A stretch of DNA of 64,000 nt, taken from an uncultured delta proteobacterium. GTDB lineage: Bacteria; Desulfobacterota; Binatia; UBA9968. The first letter of the stretch is position 1; every line of letters starts with the position of its first letter. The notes beneath the pieces are model-generated. The model had not been told where the DNA came from. It ran no database searches and saw only the letters and a list, made by a program, of their open reading frames with translations. The DNA lies in contig CAWDPO010000025.1 of the NCBI GenBank assembly GCA_963804165.1, positions 64,001 through 128,000 of the forward strand, in the 5' to 3' direction. Positions 9,828 to 20,168 of the stretch are shown one piece after another. A program made the translations under genes and the position numbers.

Positions 9828-10284
9828 AGTCTGCCCACACTACAATTGCTTCACGTAAGAGATCGGCTGCTTTGCAGCCTCCTCTCACTTGTACTTTTCT
9901 GTACTTTTCGGAAAAGTAGCCTTCTCTTCTATCTTGTTTTACTATTTATTCTGTTATTGGAGCTTGGCGTAAATTTTACCGGTGCGTTGATTGAACACCC
10001 ACAGCTGTTCGAATCTTCCAGTAATGGCGGTGACTTAATGTTGTCTTATAGGCGAATAAATTCAAGCCTAGGGACCTTACGAAGGATACCGCTCGTGATG
10101 CGATAACTTGCGACTGCGAGAGTGAAGGCCTGGAGCGGTTGTCCATGCAATCACTGCGGGTTTGATTCCCTACAGCGTATGCTGCGTAAGGATCTGATCC
10201 GGCGCTTTTAGGGTTTCATTGACATCAAGATTGGCGCGATGGTAGGTCTCGCTGAAGAATAATTTCACGCTCGGAGGCTTTCTT

Positions 10285-11403
10285 ATGGAGAACCTTTCGG
10301 ATCTGTTTCGCACCGGCCCTGACACGTTGAGTGGCCGGTACATGAGAAGTTTTTGGCATCCAGTCTACATCGCCGAGGATCTGAAAGCCGGCTGGGCGAA
10401 ACCGATCCGCATTATGAGCGAGAATTTCACACTTTATCGTGGCGAAACCGGAACGGCGCATCTGGTCGCGTTTCGTTGTGCGCATCGAGGCATGCAGCTT
10501 TCGGCGGGATGGATCGAAGGCGATCAAATTCGCTGTCGTTTTCACGGCTGGAAGTACGACGGCAGCGGGCAGTGCGTCGAGATGCCTACCGAGGACGCGG
10601 CGACGGCGCAAACCGCGCGTATCAGGAGCTATCCGATTCGCGAGTATCTGGGTCTTATCTTCGCGTATTTGGGTGAAGGCGAGGCGCCGGACTTTCCGCG
10701 TTATCCCGATTTCGAAGAGGGCGGCGAACTTTGGGTCGAGGCTTACACGCGCGCCTGCAACTTCGTCAATAACATGGAGAACGACCCGGTGCATATTCCT
10801 TTCGCGCACCGCGAATCCGAGCTGTTTCACAACCGGCCCATCGAAGTTCCCGCTAACGTGCAAGCCGAAGAGAGCGATTGGGGCATCATCATTCGCTCGA
10901 CGTTCGCCAATGGCTGGGTGCACATCAATCAACGCGGTTGGCCGAACATGACCTGCTTCAAATCGCCGCGTCAACAGCACCGCAGCCATCTCACCTGGCG
11001 AGTGCCGATCGACGACGACCATCACTGGAGCTTTCAAGTGGACTTGATGTATCCAACGGCCGACCCGGAACGGGCGAACCGCTACCGGCAGCGCCACGCG
11101 GCGCGCACCGGGAAATTGGGGCGATCCTACATCGAGTTGGGCGAAGCCGTGTTGCGCGGTGAGTTGCGGATCCAGGACATCGACGGCGATGACCGCCACA
11201 ATCTGATCTGGATTCAAGACTACGTGACTCAAGTCGGGCAGGGGCCACTTTCCGAAAGAAAGAGCGAACGACTAATCCGCGCCGACATTGGACTGCTGCT
11301 CTACCGAAGCATTTGGACCAGAGAGTTAGGAGCCCTTTCACAAGACAAGCCCACCAAAAAATGGATTCGCACCGAAGCGATCATGGCGAGCGAAGACGAA
11401 TAG
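10285..11403 (+). CDS. Rieske non-heme iron oxygenase alpha subunit, phthalate dioxygenase/LigXa-like group
   Basis: TGPDTLSGRYMRSFWHPV, CAHRG..CRFHGWKYD Rieske motif, ENDPVHIPFAH mononuclear Fe site, QDYVTQVGQG. Confidence 0.92.
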   Translation: MENLSDLFRTGPDTLSGRYMRSFWHPVYIAEDLKAGWAKPIRIMSENFTLYRGETGTAHLVAFRCAHRGMQLSAGWIEGDQIRCRFHGWKYDGSGQCVEMPTEDAATAQTARIRSYPIREYLGLIFAYLGEGEAPDFPRYPDFEEGGELWVEAYTRACNFVNNMENDPVHIPFAHRESELFHNRPIEVPANVQAEESDWGIIIRSTFANGWVHINQRGWPNMTCFKSPRQQHRSHLTWRVPIDDDHHWSFQVDLMYPTADPERANRYRQRHAARTGKLGRSYIELGEAVLRGELRIQDIDGDDRHNLIWIQDYVTQVGQGPLSERKSERLIRADIGLLLYRSIWTRELGALSQDKPTKKWIRTEAIMASEDE

Positions 11404-11977
11404 AGTCGAAACAGGTGTGTGAAGCCGCCATGCGCTTTTCATCGAAGGTCCGGGAAGTGTCGAGAACCCTACTTGCTGCTGCGCTTTTATTGTTTGCGTA
11501 CGGTGCTGAAACTGGCGCTCGAGCAACGATCTTCGCCTAGCCATCAACGTTCGGAAATGAGCGGAGGCTTGGTTTCCCAATCGCCCCGTAGGTTTAAGCA
11601 AACACTAAAAGAGTCAATGGCGCATCGGCGAAGTTAGCCGCTCGGGATTCTAAAAGGTCCGGTTCCGGAATGTGCTGCAGTTTGTTTTGAATTGCGAAAA
11701 ACTACAAACTTGCTCCCAGTTGTATCTAAAACGAATGATTTAAAACATCCTGCGTCTGTCCGCTCGATTCAAAATCAACGAGTCCTTAGTCGCGGCCATG
11801 CCGAAATCAGGACAAATGCCGCCGGATATTTCGGGAAGCTTATTTGCACCCTTGGATATTCAAAAAATGGTACTAAAAAGCGCTCTGGTGTTCTATGGTT
11901 TATGCTAGTATGTTTAACAGGGGTCAGCGCTGATCCAACCGCGACTGCGCGCTGTCGGCGCTGAAGCGAAGATAGAG

Positions 11978-12400
11978 ATGTCATCAAAAACCATTCTTGT
12001 TGTCGACGATTATTCCGACCTGCTCAAGCTTCTCGGCAGTGCGCTTACGCGTCTGGGTTGGGATCCGGCACTTGCCAACAGTGCCGCCGAAGCGTGGGAA
12101 CGGATCGAGCAAAACTCGCCGCAAGTTATTGTTCTAGACATGTGGATGGAAGGCATGAACGGTTTCCAGTTCGCGAAGAAGCTAAAGAAGCACCCTGTTT
12201 ATAGAAATATTCCGATCCTGGGCACGAGTGCGTTCGCCATGTCCAAGGCCGACGAATCTTCCTTTAGAGCTTGTTGCGATGATTTCCTATCGAAGCCGTT
12301 CGCGATTTCGAGCCTGCAGCAACACCTCACGGCGCTCTTGTCGACGGTGAATCAACAAGACACGACCGATCCGACAAAGATAGACAAGACAGAACATTGA
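11978..12400 (+). CDS. Single-domain response regulator
   Basis: ILVVDD, PQVIVLDMWMEGMNG, TSAF and DDFLSKPF motifs. Confidence 0.9.
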   Translation: MSSKTILVVDDYSDLLKLLGSALTRLGWDPALANSAAEAWERIEQNSPQVIVLDMWMEGMNGFQFAKKLKKHPVYRNIPILGTSAFAMSKADESSFRACCDDFLSKPFAISSLQQHLTALLSTVNQQDTTDPTKIDKTEH

Positions 12401-12513
12401 CGCTTTGAGCTCTCTCGAAACGTCAACCTGCGACCGCGACCCTCAAAACAACAGTACCTAATTCTCGACACATCTAAATCGGTCTTGCCCGATTCCACGT
12501 CGAAGTGAAAGTT

Positions 12514-12626
12514 CGTCATGCCGGCCCCTTCGCCGGTGCCCTGGATAAACTCCGGCTGGCATCCAAGGTTCATTCTCGGTTCTGTCCAAAAAAGCGCTTG
12601 GATTCCGGCTTGACGCTGGAATGACG
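12514..12626. repeat. REP/MITE-like palindromic element
   Basis: Imperfect terminal inverted repeat CGTCATGCCGGC..GCTGGAATGACG with internal GGCATCCAAG/CTTGGATTCC arms, between convergent genes. Confidence 0.7.
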
Positions 12627-12775
12627 GAAACGCGAGTCGACTTCCAAGCGACGAATTCAGAACCCTTCGGTTTGGAGCCGGTCGTTGTTTCGTACGCCCT
12701 CGGCACGATGCAAAATCCCAAAATTCGTCTGCGCGTTTTCGTTGCGGCGCGGACGCCGATCTCTGCTCGCCGCGG

Positions 12776-13750
12776 TTATTTCTGCGCGCGTTGGTTTCGT
12801 TTGGTGCCGAGCTCGTCGAGAATCGACAAGTCGACGACTCTGTGAGTGCTGATCGATCCAAGTTTTTTGTCCATGTAGGCGGACATCCGGACGAGATTTT
12901 TAACCGCGTCGTCGGGTGGATAAAGCGTGACTTCGGAATTCGCGTGCAGGTACTGGTACGCGAAGTCTACGACCTGCGGGTCGTTGCTATTCAACAATTG
13001 AGTCAAAGCACGCATGCTGCCGTCTTTGTTCTCGACGAGATAACGCGTCGCATCGGCAAAGGCTTTGACGAATTTCTTCAGAGTGGATCGCTGGCCGGTG
13101 AGATAAGAGCGTTTTACAGCGATCGGCGCATTCATGAACGGAGTCGGGCGTCCGCGCAGCACGAAAAAACCCCGCTTCACCATAATCGGCTCGAGCAGCG
13201 CGTCGGCGAGCGTGGCATCGATTCCTCCTCTCATCAATGCGGCGACTCTTTCCTGAGAGCCGCCGCCCATCTGCAATAAAGTAAGATCCTTGACCGGGTC
13301 GAGGCCAGCGTCCTGCAGCAGAACATGTATAATCAGCCAAGGTTTGCTGCCGGCGCGATTGACGCCGACCTTTTTTCCACGCAGCTCGCGGATATCAGTG
13401 ATTTTGTCCCTGGTCACCCAGACATACGGTACCAGGTTGTCCCAGCTGCCGACGGCGATCACCTCGGCGCCTTGGGCGTGACTAGGAAGTAATCCCGTGG
13501 GCGCACCGCAGGCGGCATCGACATCACCGGAAATCAGCGCTTGATAAGTCGTCGGTGCACTGTTGATCCTGATCGTCTCGACGGTTAGCCCTTCTTTCTG
13601 AAAAAAACCCTTGTCACTCGCTACAAGCAAAGGAACCGCAGTCGTCGGGAACAAGGGAATCGCGACGCGAATCTTTTCCTGGGCGAGTACGGCTCGGGGA
13701 GCAAAGCCGAGGCTCAGCGCGATTATGACTGAAGCAAGCGTGATCTTCAT
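12776..13750 (-). CDS. NitT/TauT-type ABC solute-binding protein
   Basis: Signal peptide, AQEKIRVA, KGFFQKEGLTVE, LRGKKVGV, GLDPVKD and DLSILDEL motifs. Confidence 0.9.
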   Translation of the reverse strand: MKITLASVIIALSLGFAPRAVLAQEKIRVAIPLFPTTAVPLLVASDKGFFQKEGLTVETIRINSAPTTYQALISGDVDAACGAPTGLLPSHAQGAEVIAVGSWDNLVPYVWVTRDKITDIRELRGKKVGVNRAGSKPWLIIHVLLQDAGLDPVKDLTLLQMGGGSQERVAALMRGGIDATLADALLEPIMVKRGFFVLRGRPTPFMNAPIAVKRSYLTGQRSTLKKFVKAFADATRYLVENKDGSMRALTQLLNSNDPQVVDFAYQYLHANSEVTLYPPDDAVKNLVRMSAYMDKKLGSISTHRVVDLSILDELGTKRNQRAQK

Positions 13751-13989
13751 GAAGACCTCCCGCCCTAGGCCTATGCCATTTCAGAGAGTCTTTTCAAGCC
13801 AAATGCTCTGCAGATTCGCGCTGCGTGAAATGTCTCATGCCGACACGATGCTCTGAGTCGACTTCTTCACCGCACATATGGCGAATCATGCGCCTCGATG
13901 CGGAATCGTTTTCTTAATATATTTCTCGCTCAGATTCCGGAGTGACTCAGGCGTTGACAGCATAACGCGGCAAGCGATAGGGGAGACGC

Positions 13990-14790
13990 ATGGATCTCAA
14001 ACTTCAGGGCAAGTTGGCAATTGTCACCGGTGGCAGCCGCGGCATGGGCAAGGCGATAGCGCGCCAGTTGGCGCGGGAAGGCTGCGACATTGCGATCGGC
14101 GCGAGGACCGAGGCGTCGCTGCGCGAAGCTGCTGCCGCGATCGCTCAAGAAAGCGGACGCAGGATCGTGCCACTTGTCGTCGATACGTTGAACGGGGAAT
14201 CGATCAACGAATTCGTCCGTCTGGCGGTCGAAGCTCTGGGTGGCGTCCATATCCTGGTCAACTGCGCCGCTCGGGTCGGCGGCACGATCCCCGACAACAT
14301 GGACGCGATCAGCGACGAGCAGATCGTCAAGGATTTCGAAGAGAAGTTTCTCGGCTACTATCGCTGCGCGCGCGCGGCGGCCCCGTATATGAAGCAGGCC
14401 GGTTGGGGTCGGATCATCAACCTAAGCGGCGGCGCCGGTCGCACACCGGGCATCGCGATCAGCACGCCGGCGCGCAATATTTCGTGTGTGGCGCTGACGA
14501 AGTCATTGGCCAACACGCTCGGGCCTTTCGGAATCAACGTTAACGCGATCTACCCGGGTACGACCATCACCGAAGCCGTGCTGGAGCGCATGCAGGATCA
14601 GGCCAGGCGCCAGAACAAATCGCTCGACGTCTATCTGGAGGAATTGCGCGAGCGAAGTCTGATCCGCCATCTGGTTACCGCGGAGGACATGGCCTACGTC
14701 GTCGTGTTTCTTTGCTCACCGCTGGCCGTCAGCGTCACCGGCGAGGCGATTGCGGTTTCCGGCGGCGCCAACGCGGATATGCACTACTAG
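13990..14790 (+). CDS. Short-chain dehydrogenase/reductase
   Basis: TGGSRGMG, ILVNCAA, WGRIINL, GINVNAIYPG and VTGEAIAVSGG. The catalytic YxxxK Tyr is not evident (STPARN). Confidence 0.9.
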   Translation: MDLKLQGKLAIVTGGSRGMGKAIARQLAREGCDIAIGARTEASLREAAAAIAQESGRRIVPLVVDTLNGESINEFVRLAVEALGGVHILVNCAARVGGTIPDNMDAISDEQIVKDFEEKFLGYYRCARAAAPYMKQAGWGRIINLSGGAGRTPGIAISTPARNISCVALTKSLANTLGPFGINVNAIYPGTTITEAVLERMQDQARRQNKSLDVYLEELRERSLIRHLVTAEDMAYVVVFLCSPLAVSVTGEAIAVSGGANADMHY

Positions 14791-14877
14791 CGAGGGCTGG
14801 GGACGCCAACTTTTGTGATTCGAAATGACTTTCGGGAGGTCATCTCTCGGCTGTCCGGCTGAGTCCGAACTCTTTCA

Positions 14878-15967
14878 TCACCGCGCCAGCAGCTCCTTCA
14901 ATCGTTCCACGAGCTGCGGCGACGAGTCCATCACTGAGTTTGCCAGCGCTGCTAGTTTTTCGCCTGAAATGTGATCGAGGTCCCAGTTGCGTTTCTTCGA
15001 TTCTTCCAGGAGATCGGGTTCTTTGAGCGCTTGATCGTAAGCGTGTCGAAGTATTTTGAGCCGATCTGCGGCAACGCCGGGAGGCGCGGCGGTGACGTAC
15101 TGTCCGAAATCATCTGCGCCAAGCACTAAAGATACTAACCTTTGGTTCGATTCCGGCGTCTTGAATCGGTTCATCAGCTCGTAAATAGTCGGGACCTCCG
15201 CCAGTTTGGCGTTACGTTGACGTGGAGTCTGCACGAGGACACGGATAAACCCCTTCTTTTGCCAAGTCATGAAGGGTTCCCGGGCGAAGAACGAGGCGGC
15301 GGTCACCGATCGACACTGAACTTCGCCTCTTTCAATCGCCAGGTCTTGGTCGCTGCCGGATTTGTAACCCGTCACAATGCGAAATTTCACCCGCAATGCT
15401 TCTTCCAATAATTTAAGGTTGATGTAACTCGTTGCTCCGGGCGCGGTGGACGAACACTTGGGTGGCTCGCCGGCTGAGCGAATATCTTCGATGGATTTAT
15501 AGGGCGCGTCAGCGCACATGATCAGCAGTGACTCGACGTTCTGCGACGAACCGATCCAGGTGAATCTGCGCCAATCGAACTGCACCTCCTGGCGGCCCGC
15601 CAGTTGGTGAAAGTAGAGATTCCCGGAAATATTGCCAAGGGTCAATCCATCCGGCTTCGCCACGTTGTAGAGATAGTTCGCCGCGATCATGGACCCGTCG
15701 CCGGGCATGTTTTGCGCGACGATATTCGGTTTTCCCGGAATATGCTTGACCATGTTTCGCGCCAGTGCGCGCGCCCAAAGGTCATTGGCATCGCCCGCGG
15801 CCATGTTAACGATCATCGTCATGACTTTTGTCTTGATAGTAGCTGGTTTGCGCCGAGGCGGGATTGTAACCCGAGAAAAACCACGCGAATGCGCAGACAA
15901 AAATCTTAGTAGACAGCGGCGGGACTCGACTCGGAGGGATATATTTTTGCCTCTTTTTGAACCGCAT
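14878..15967 (-). pseudogene. Bug/TctC-like solute-binding protein, frameshifted after the signal peptide
   Basis: ATG 15967 MRFKKRQ..ASAQTSYYQDK shifts at the A4 run (15826-15829) into VMTMIVNMAAGDAND..HIPGKPNIVAQNMPG..PDGLTLG. Confidence 0.8.
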
Positions 15968-16039
15968 CACCGCGCTCCGCTGGCACTCCAAGCGGTAACT
16001 CTAATCGCATTCTGCTCGGGATCGATTGGCTTCGATGTT

Positions 16040-16762
16040 TTATTGAATCTCCGGCCATTGCGACAGGAGTTTTCCGAACCCTGTGATCTGATCGCGCCGT
16101 CCGAGCCTCGAAAGCATAAACCAAAACATCGCCGGGTTGCTGGCGACTACGGGAATCTTGAAATCGTTTTCCAGCTGGTCCAATACCTCGATGGGATCGA
16201 GCACCGCGCCTTGAAAATAGATTCCATCGACGTCGGGCCGTTCAGAAATCGCTTGCCGCGCCAGCCCTGCGACGTCTTCGGATGAAAACTTGAGCGCGTC
16301 CGTGTAGTGGCCGAGCGTATGGCGCGGCGAGAAAGCACGGATGCGGAAACCGGCTAGGAAGTCGCGAATGAGTTTGTTCAAAGACTCATCAAAAGGTGTC
16401 AGCAGAAGCACATTGCCAACGGCTAGAGCGTGCAAAGCGGCAACCGAAGATCTTAACGCCGTCGCTACGGGAATCTGCAACGCTGACGAGAAGCGCGCGA
16501 ACAATTGCGGATTGAGCACTTCCCTCGGCGCGCCCGGAAAGATCAAACCATCCCACCGATGCTTCTCGGTAAACTCGACTGCATTATCGACAATCGTATC
16601 GAGCTTTCCTTCCAGATCAGCAAGCCGTCCGTCATGAAGGATGAGTTGCTCATAGATAATTTCAACGTCAGCAGGAATAAATGATCGGACTTTCTGCAGA
16701 TGCGAGCTTGAAGCCGGGCTTGGCCCAAGCCAGCCTAGTTTTGTCGGTGATGGTTTCGACAT
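16040..16762 (-). CDS. Maleate cis-trans isomerase/arylmalonate decarboxylase (Asp/Glu racemase fold) homologue lacking cysteines
   Basis: IPVATALRSSVAALHAL, LLTPF, DGIYFQG, LENDFKIPVVASNPAMFW and GFGKLL motifs. Confidence 0.8.
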   Translation of the reverse strand: MSKPSPTKLGWLGPSPASSSHLQKVRSFIPADVEIIYEQLILHDGRLADLEGKLDTIVDNAVEFTEKHRWDGLIFPGAPREVLNPQLFARFSSALQIPVATALRSSVAALHALAVGNVLLLTPFDESLNKLIRDFLAGFRIRAFSPRHTLGHYTDALKFSSEDVAGLARQAISERPDVDGIYFQGAVLDPIEVLDQLENDFKIPVVASNPAMFWFMLSRLGRRDQITGFGKLLSQWPEIQ

Positions 16763-16974
16763 GGCGTATTGTCGGGATTGAATAGGAGTCCGGATATTAC
16801 CGCCGGTGAAGCTACCCGCTCATTTTGTGACCTTTGCATTATCTTTTGTTTCGCGCTTCAAACGCAATCTAAAAGTCGTGAAACCGGTCGAGTTTCAACC
16901 TTTCCCTGGGTTCCCAGTCATTCCTCCTTTCTGGGGGCTTGCGCGTCATGCTCGCGAGTGTCGCGCAGGCACGC

Positions 16975-17988
16975 TTATTTCTTGCCTAGGCCGGCGATAA
17001 ACCCGCTGTCTTCCAGTTCCTTGACGAAGCGGCCTTCAACAAGGTCTTTGGCATTCAGCGTCGCGGCCTTGGGATTGCTCGACGCCATTTCCTGCAGGAC
17101 AACTTGATAACCTTCGAGCGGTGGGTAGGGATACTCCGGCATGTTTTGGCTGAACCAGGTCTGGGTATGCTCTAAGACGCCACGGTCTTCCACACGGGAG
17201 TACTTACGCAGGATCTGGATGGTTTCCTCCTTGCGCGTTTTGAAATAATGGATCGCTTCCACGTATGCCCTGACGTAACGCCGCACCGTGTCGGGTTGTT
17301 CTTTGACGAATTTCCCCGTGGTGTAGATGCCGCGCTGGGGAAAAGGAATCTTAAGCGAGATCAGATCGAGCAAGACGGGGTAGCCGAATTTATCGACGAT
17401 GGGCTTTTCGGCCTCGGTAAGAACGGTAAACTGTACGATGCCCTTTTGCATCGCCGCGATGCGGTCGTAAAGAACGCCGATGGAACGCAGGCTCACATCC
17501 TTGGCGGGGTCTAAGCCAAGCTTTCTTAGACTCACGCGCAAGGCGAAATCGGCGATGGTGCCGGGGCTCTGGTTCGCGCCGATCTTTCCCTTCAGATCTT
17601 CGGGCCGAGTGATGCCGGGCAGCGTGACAAAATAATAAGTGAGTATGTTGACGCTGCCGGCGAGGGCGACGATGTCGCCGCCGGCGAGGCGGGCGCTGGC
17701 CGCAGCAGGGCCTGCGCTCTCGGCGATCGCGCTTTCGCCCGCCAAGATGGCCTGCAGCGTGCGCACGCTGCTTGGAATGAGCACGGGGGCAACGTCGAGC
17801 CCATGTTTTTCGAATAGGCGCGCTTCTTTGGCCACCCAGATGACCGCAGAGGCCCCAGGGGCGGGTGAAAAATAGGCCGTGTAAATTCTTTCCGCGGCCC
17901 GCACCGGTGCCGATTGAATTATGACGATGAAGCTAGAGACAAAGACCAGTCTAAGGCTCTTTGCCCTGCGCGTTTGATCTTTCTCCAT
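16975..17988 (-). CDS. NitT/TauT-type ABC solute-binding protein
   Basis: WVAKEARLFEKHGLDV, DLKGKIG, GLDPAKDV and FVKELEDSGFI motifs. Confidence 0.9.
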   Translation of the reverse strand: MEKDQTRRAKSLRLVFVSSFIVIIQSAPVRAAERIYTAYFSPAPGASAVIWVAKEARLFEKHGLDVAPVLIPSSVRTLQAILAGESAIAESAGPAAASARLAGGDIVALAGSVNILTYYFVTLPGITRPEDLKGKIGANQSPGTIADFALRVSLRKLGLDPAKDVSLRSIGVLYDRIAAMQKGIVQFTVLTEAEKPIVDKFGYPVLLDLISLKIPFPQRGIYTTGKFVKEQPDTVRRYVRAYVEAIHYFKTRKEETIQILRKYSRVEDRGVLEHTQTWFSQNMPEYPYPPLEGYQVVLQEMASSNPKAATLNAKDLVEGRFVKELEDSGFIAGLGKK

Positions 17989-18080
17989 GAGACCTCCGGT
18001 TTTTAAGAAACGCCCTTGGATCGAAAAATCGACGAAGACATCCTTGTATCCCGTTTCTCTTTGCTCGTGAAACCACGCGG

Positions 18081-19760
18081 CTATTTTTTCGCAGCTGTTT
18101 TGCGCCTGCCGATAGCAGCTTCGGCACGCGGGCTGATCGCGCGCTGGACGGCGACATTGAGCAAAGCGGGTTTGCCGCAGGTCAACGCTCGTTCAAGCGC
18201 CGGCGCAAGATCCTCCGAGCGTTCGACGAATTCGCCGTAACCGCCAAGGCCCTGCACCATCTGATCGTAGCGAGTCTGGAGCAAATCCGTTGCGACCGCG
18301 CGGCCATAAAGACCCAACTGAATTTGCCGGTCGATACCCCAAGCTGAATCGTTGCCGAGGATAGCGACAATATCGAGCTTGTGGCGCACAGCAGTGTCGA
18401 ATTCCATCGCATTGAATCCAAACGCACCGTCGCCGCTGAGCATGAACACGCGCGAGTCCGGATAGGCGACTTTCGCAGCCAGCGCGGTGGGCAACGAAGA
18501 CCCTAACATCCCCAGACTGGAAACGTTGAACCAGCGTTTGGCTTTTAGCGCCGGCAGAAATGACCGGCCGAAGTGGCAGAAGTCACCGCCATCGAAGACC
18601 AGGCAGTCGTCGGGACGGAGAACGGATTTGAGTGTTTTGTGCACGAACAGAGCGTGCATCGGGGCCTCGGGCCGAGCTAAACTTTCCGCCCACTTCGCCT
18701 GTTCGTCACGCGCGGCGCGCAACTCCTCGACCCACGCGAGCTCGTTCCATTGATAGTTTGCCGCTTCCTTCGTCATCTGTTCCAGGATGCTGGCGACGTC
18801 ACCGATCATGCCGACATCGACACCGCGATTGCGGCCGATCTCCAGCGGCGAAGGATCGATCTGGATGATTTTAGCACTCGCGGCAACATGCGGCGGACGG
18901 CAAAAGCCGATGGTAAAGTCTTGCTTGCGGCCGAGTAACACGACCACGTCCGCGTCGCGCACTTTTGCCGCGGCACGATTGAGTCCGCGCTCGAAATAGC
19001 CAAAGACGTATGGATGATCATCGGCAATCAAACCGCGCGACTGTTCTTCGGTCAGGATCGGCAGGCGCGTCGTTTCGACGAAACGCTGTATTTTTTTACC
19101 CGAAAGCGCGTAACCGGCGGCGCTGCCGGCAATGATCAGGGGTTTCTGCGCTGAGCGGAGAAGGGCGACAGCCTTGTGCACAAGCTCGGGCTCGGTCAGC
19201 ACCGGCGCCTTGGGACGGTAGCCCTCCGGATGAGTGAACACAATCTCATTTTCTTCGACACTTTGCTCCTGGATGTCGATGGGTATTGTTAAGTGCACGG
19301 GTCCGCGCCGGCCACTGAATGCCAGGCGCATCGCACGGCCAATGAATTCAGGGATCCTCCGCACGTCGTAGACCATGAACGAACCCTTGCACATGGGTGC
19401 GGCCATGGCGACCTGGTCGATTTCCTGCTGCGCGCCGCGTCCTAAGTCGTGCGTGTCGGCGCAGCCGGCGATGGAAATTACCGGGCCTTCGGTATGCATA
19501 GCGTTGGTGAGGCCGGGAATCGCATTGGCGAAACCGGGTGTGGTGTACATGCACACCCCGGGCTGCTCGGTGATCCGGCTCCAGGCGTCCGCCATGTGCA
19601 CCGCCGCCTGTTCATGGCGGGTATCGTAAATCTGAAAATCCTGATCGGCCATCACGTCGAGGACCGGCAGGATATGATCGCCCGCCAAGGCAAAAATATT
19701 TTTCACGCCTTCGAGCTTGAGCGCTTTACAGATCAGATGACTTCCAGTGACTCGGCCCAT
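18081..19760 (-). CDS. Thiamine diphosphate-dependent enzyme, acetolactate synthase/2-hydroxyacyl-CoA lyase-like
   Basis: TRHEQAAVHMADAW, TTPGFAN, GPVHLTIP and the GDGAFG..N ThDP motif. Confidence 0.92.
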   Translation of the reverse strand: MGRVTGSHLICKALKLEGVKNIFALAGDHILPVLDVMADQDFQIYDTRHEQAAVHMADAWSRITEQPGVCMYTTPGFANAIPGLTNAMHTEGPVISIAGCADTHDLGRGAQQEIDQVAMAAPMCKGSFMVYDVRRIPEFIGRAMRLAFSGRRGPVHLTIPIDIQEQSVEENEIVFTHPEGYRPKAPVLTEPELVHKAVALLRSAQKPLIIAGSAAGYALSGKKIQRFVETTRLPILTEEQSRGLIADDHPYVFGYFERGLNRAAAKVRDADVVVLLGRKQDFTIGFCRPPHVAASAKIIQIDPSPLEIGRNRGVDVGMIGDVASILEQMTKEAANYQWNELAWVEELRAARDEQAKWAESLARPEAPMHALFVHKTLKSVLRPDDCLVFDGGDFCHFGRSFLPALKAKRWFNVSSLGMLGSSLPTALAAKVAYPDSRVFMLSGDGAFGFNAMEFDTAVRHKLDIVAILGNDSAWGIDRQIQLGLYGRAVATDLLQTRYDQMVQGLGGYGEFVERSEDLAPALERALTCGKPALLNVAVQRAISPRAEAAIGRRKTAAKK

Positions 19761-20168
19761 GATCGCCTCCTATGACAGCCTGCTAGATTCGGCGGATGCC
19801 TGTCGTGATTCGCTCGTCCGCCCGCGACGTTACCCACGCTAATTTCAGCGGGGCAGCGCACAATCGTCAATTTACTCTCAATAAGCTTTCGTTTAGTACG
19901 GCAAGACGCTGTCCGTCAACGGCGAATTTTTTCGATGCACGGACTCAGTTCCGTTGCGCAATCTTCTCCGAAACGATTTGCGCTCGAATAGTTTTCCATG
20001 TCGATGAATTCGGATTTGCCGGCGCCGTATGAGTGGGTCACTTTTTGTGGGTACTCTCGAACGATCAGCAGGGTGACCTTTCGACCTGCGTCACGTTGAC
20101 AGAGCGTACCGCCTTGAATAGTTTCATTCGGGGAGTCAAAAAGGACATCGAACGTGAGGAGTTCTCAG

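Noticed and set aside
10225-11232. 335-aa antisense ORF over the Rieske oxygenase
   Set aside because: Shadow ORF typical of GC-rich codon bias; no motifs, and the opposite strand has a clear family match
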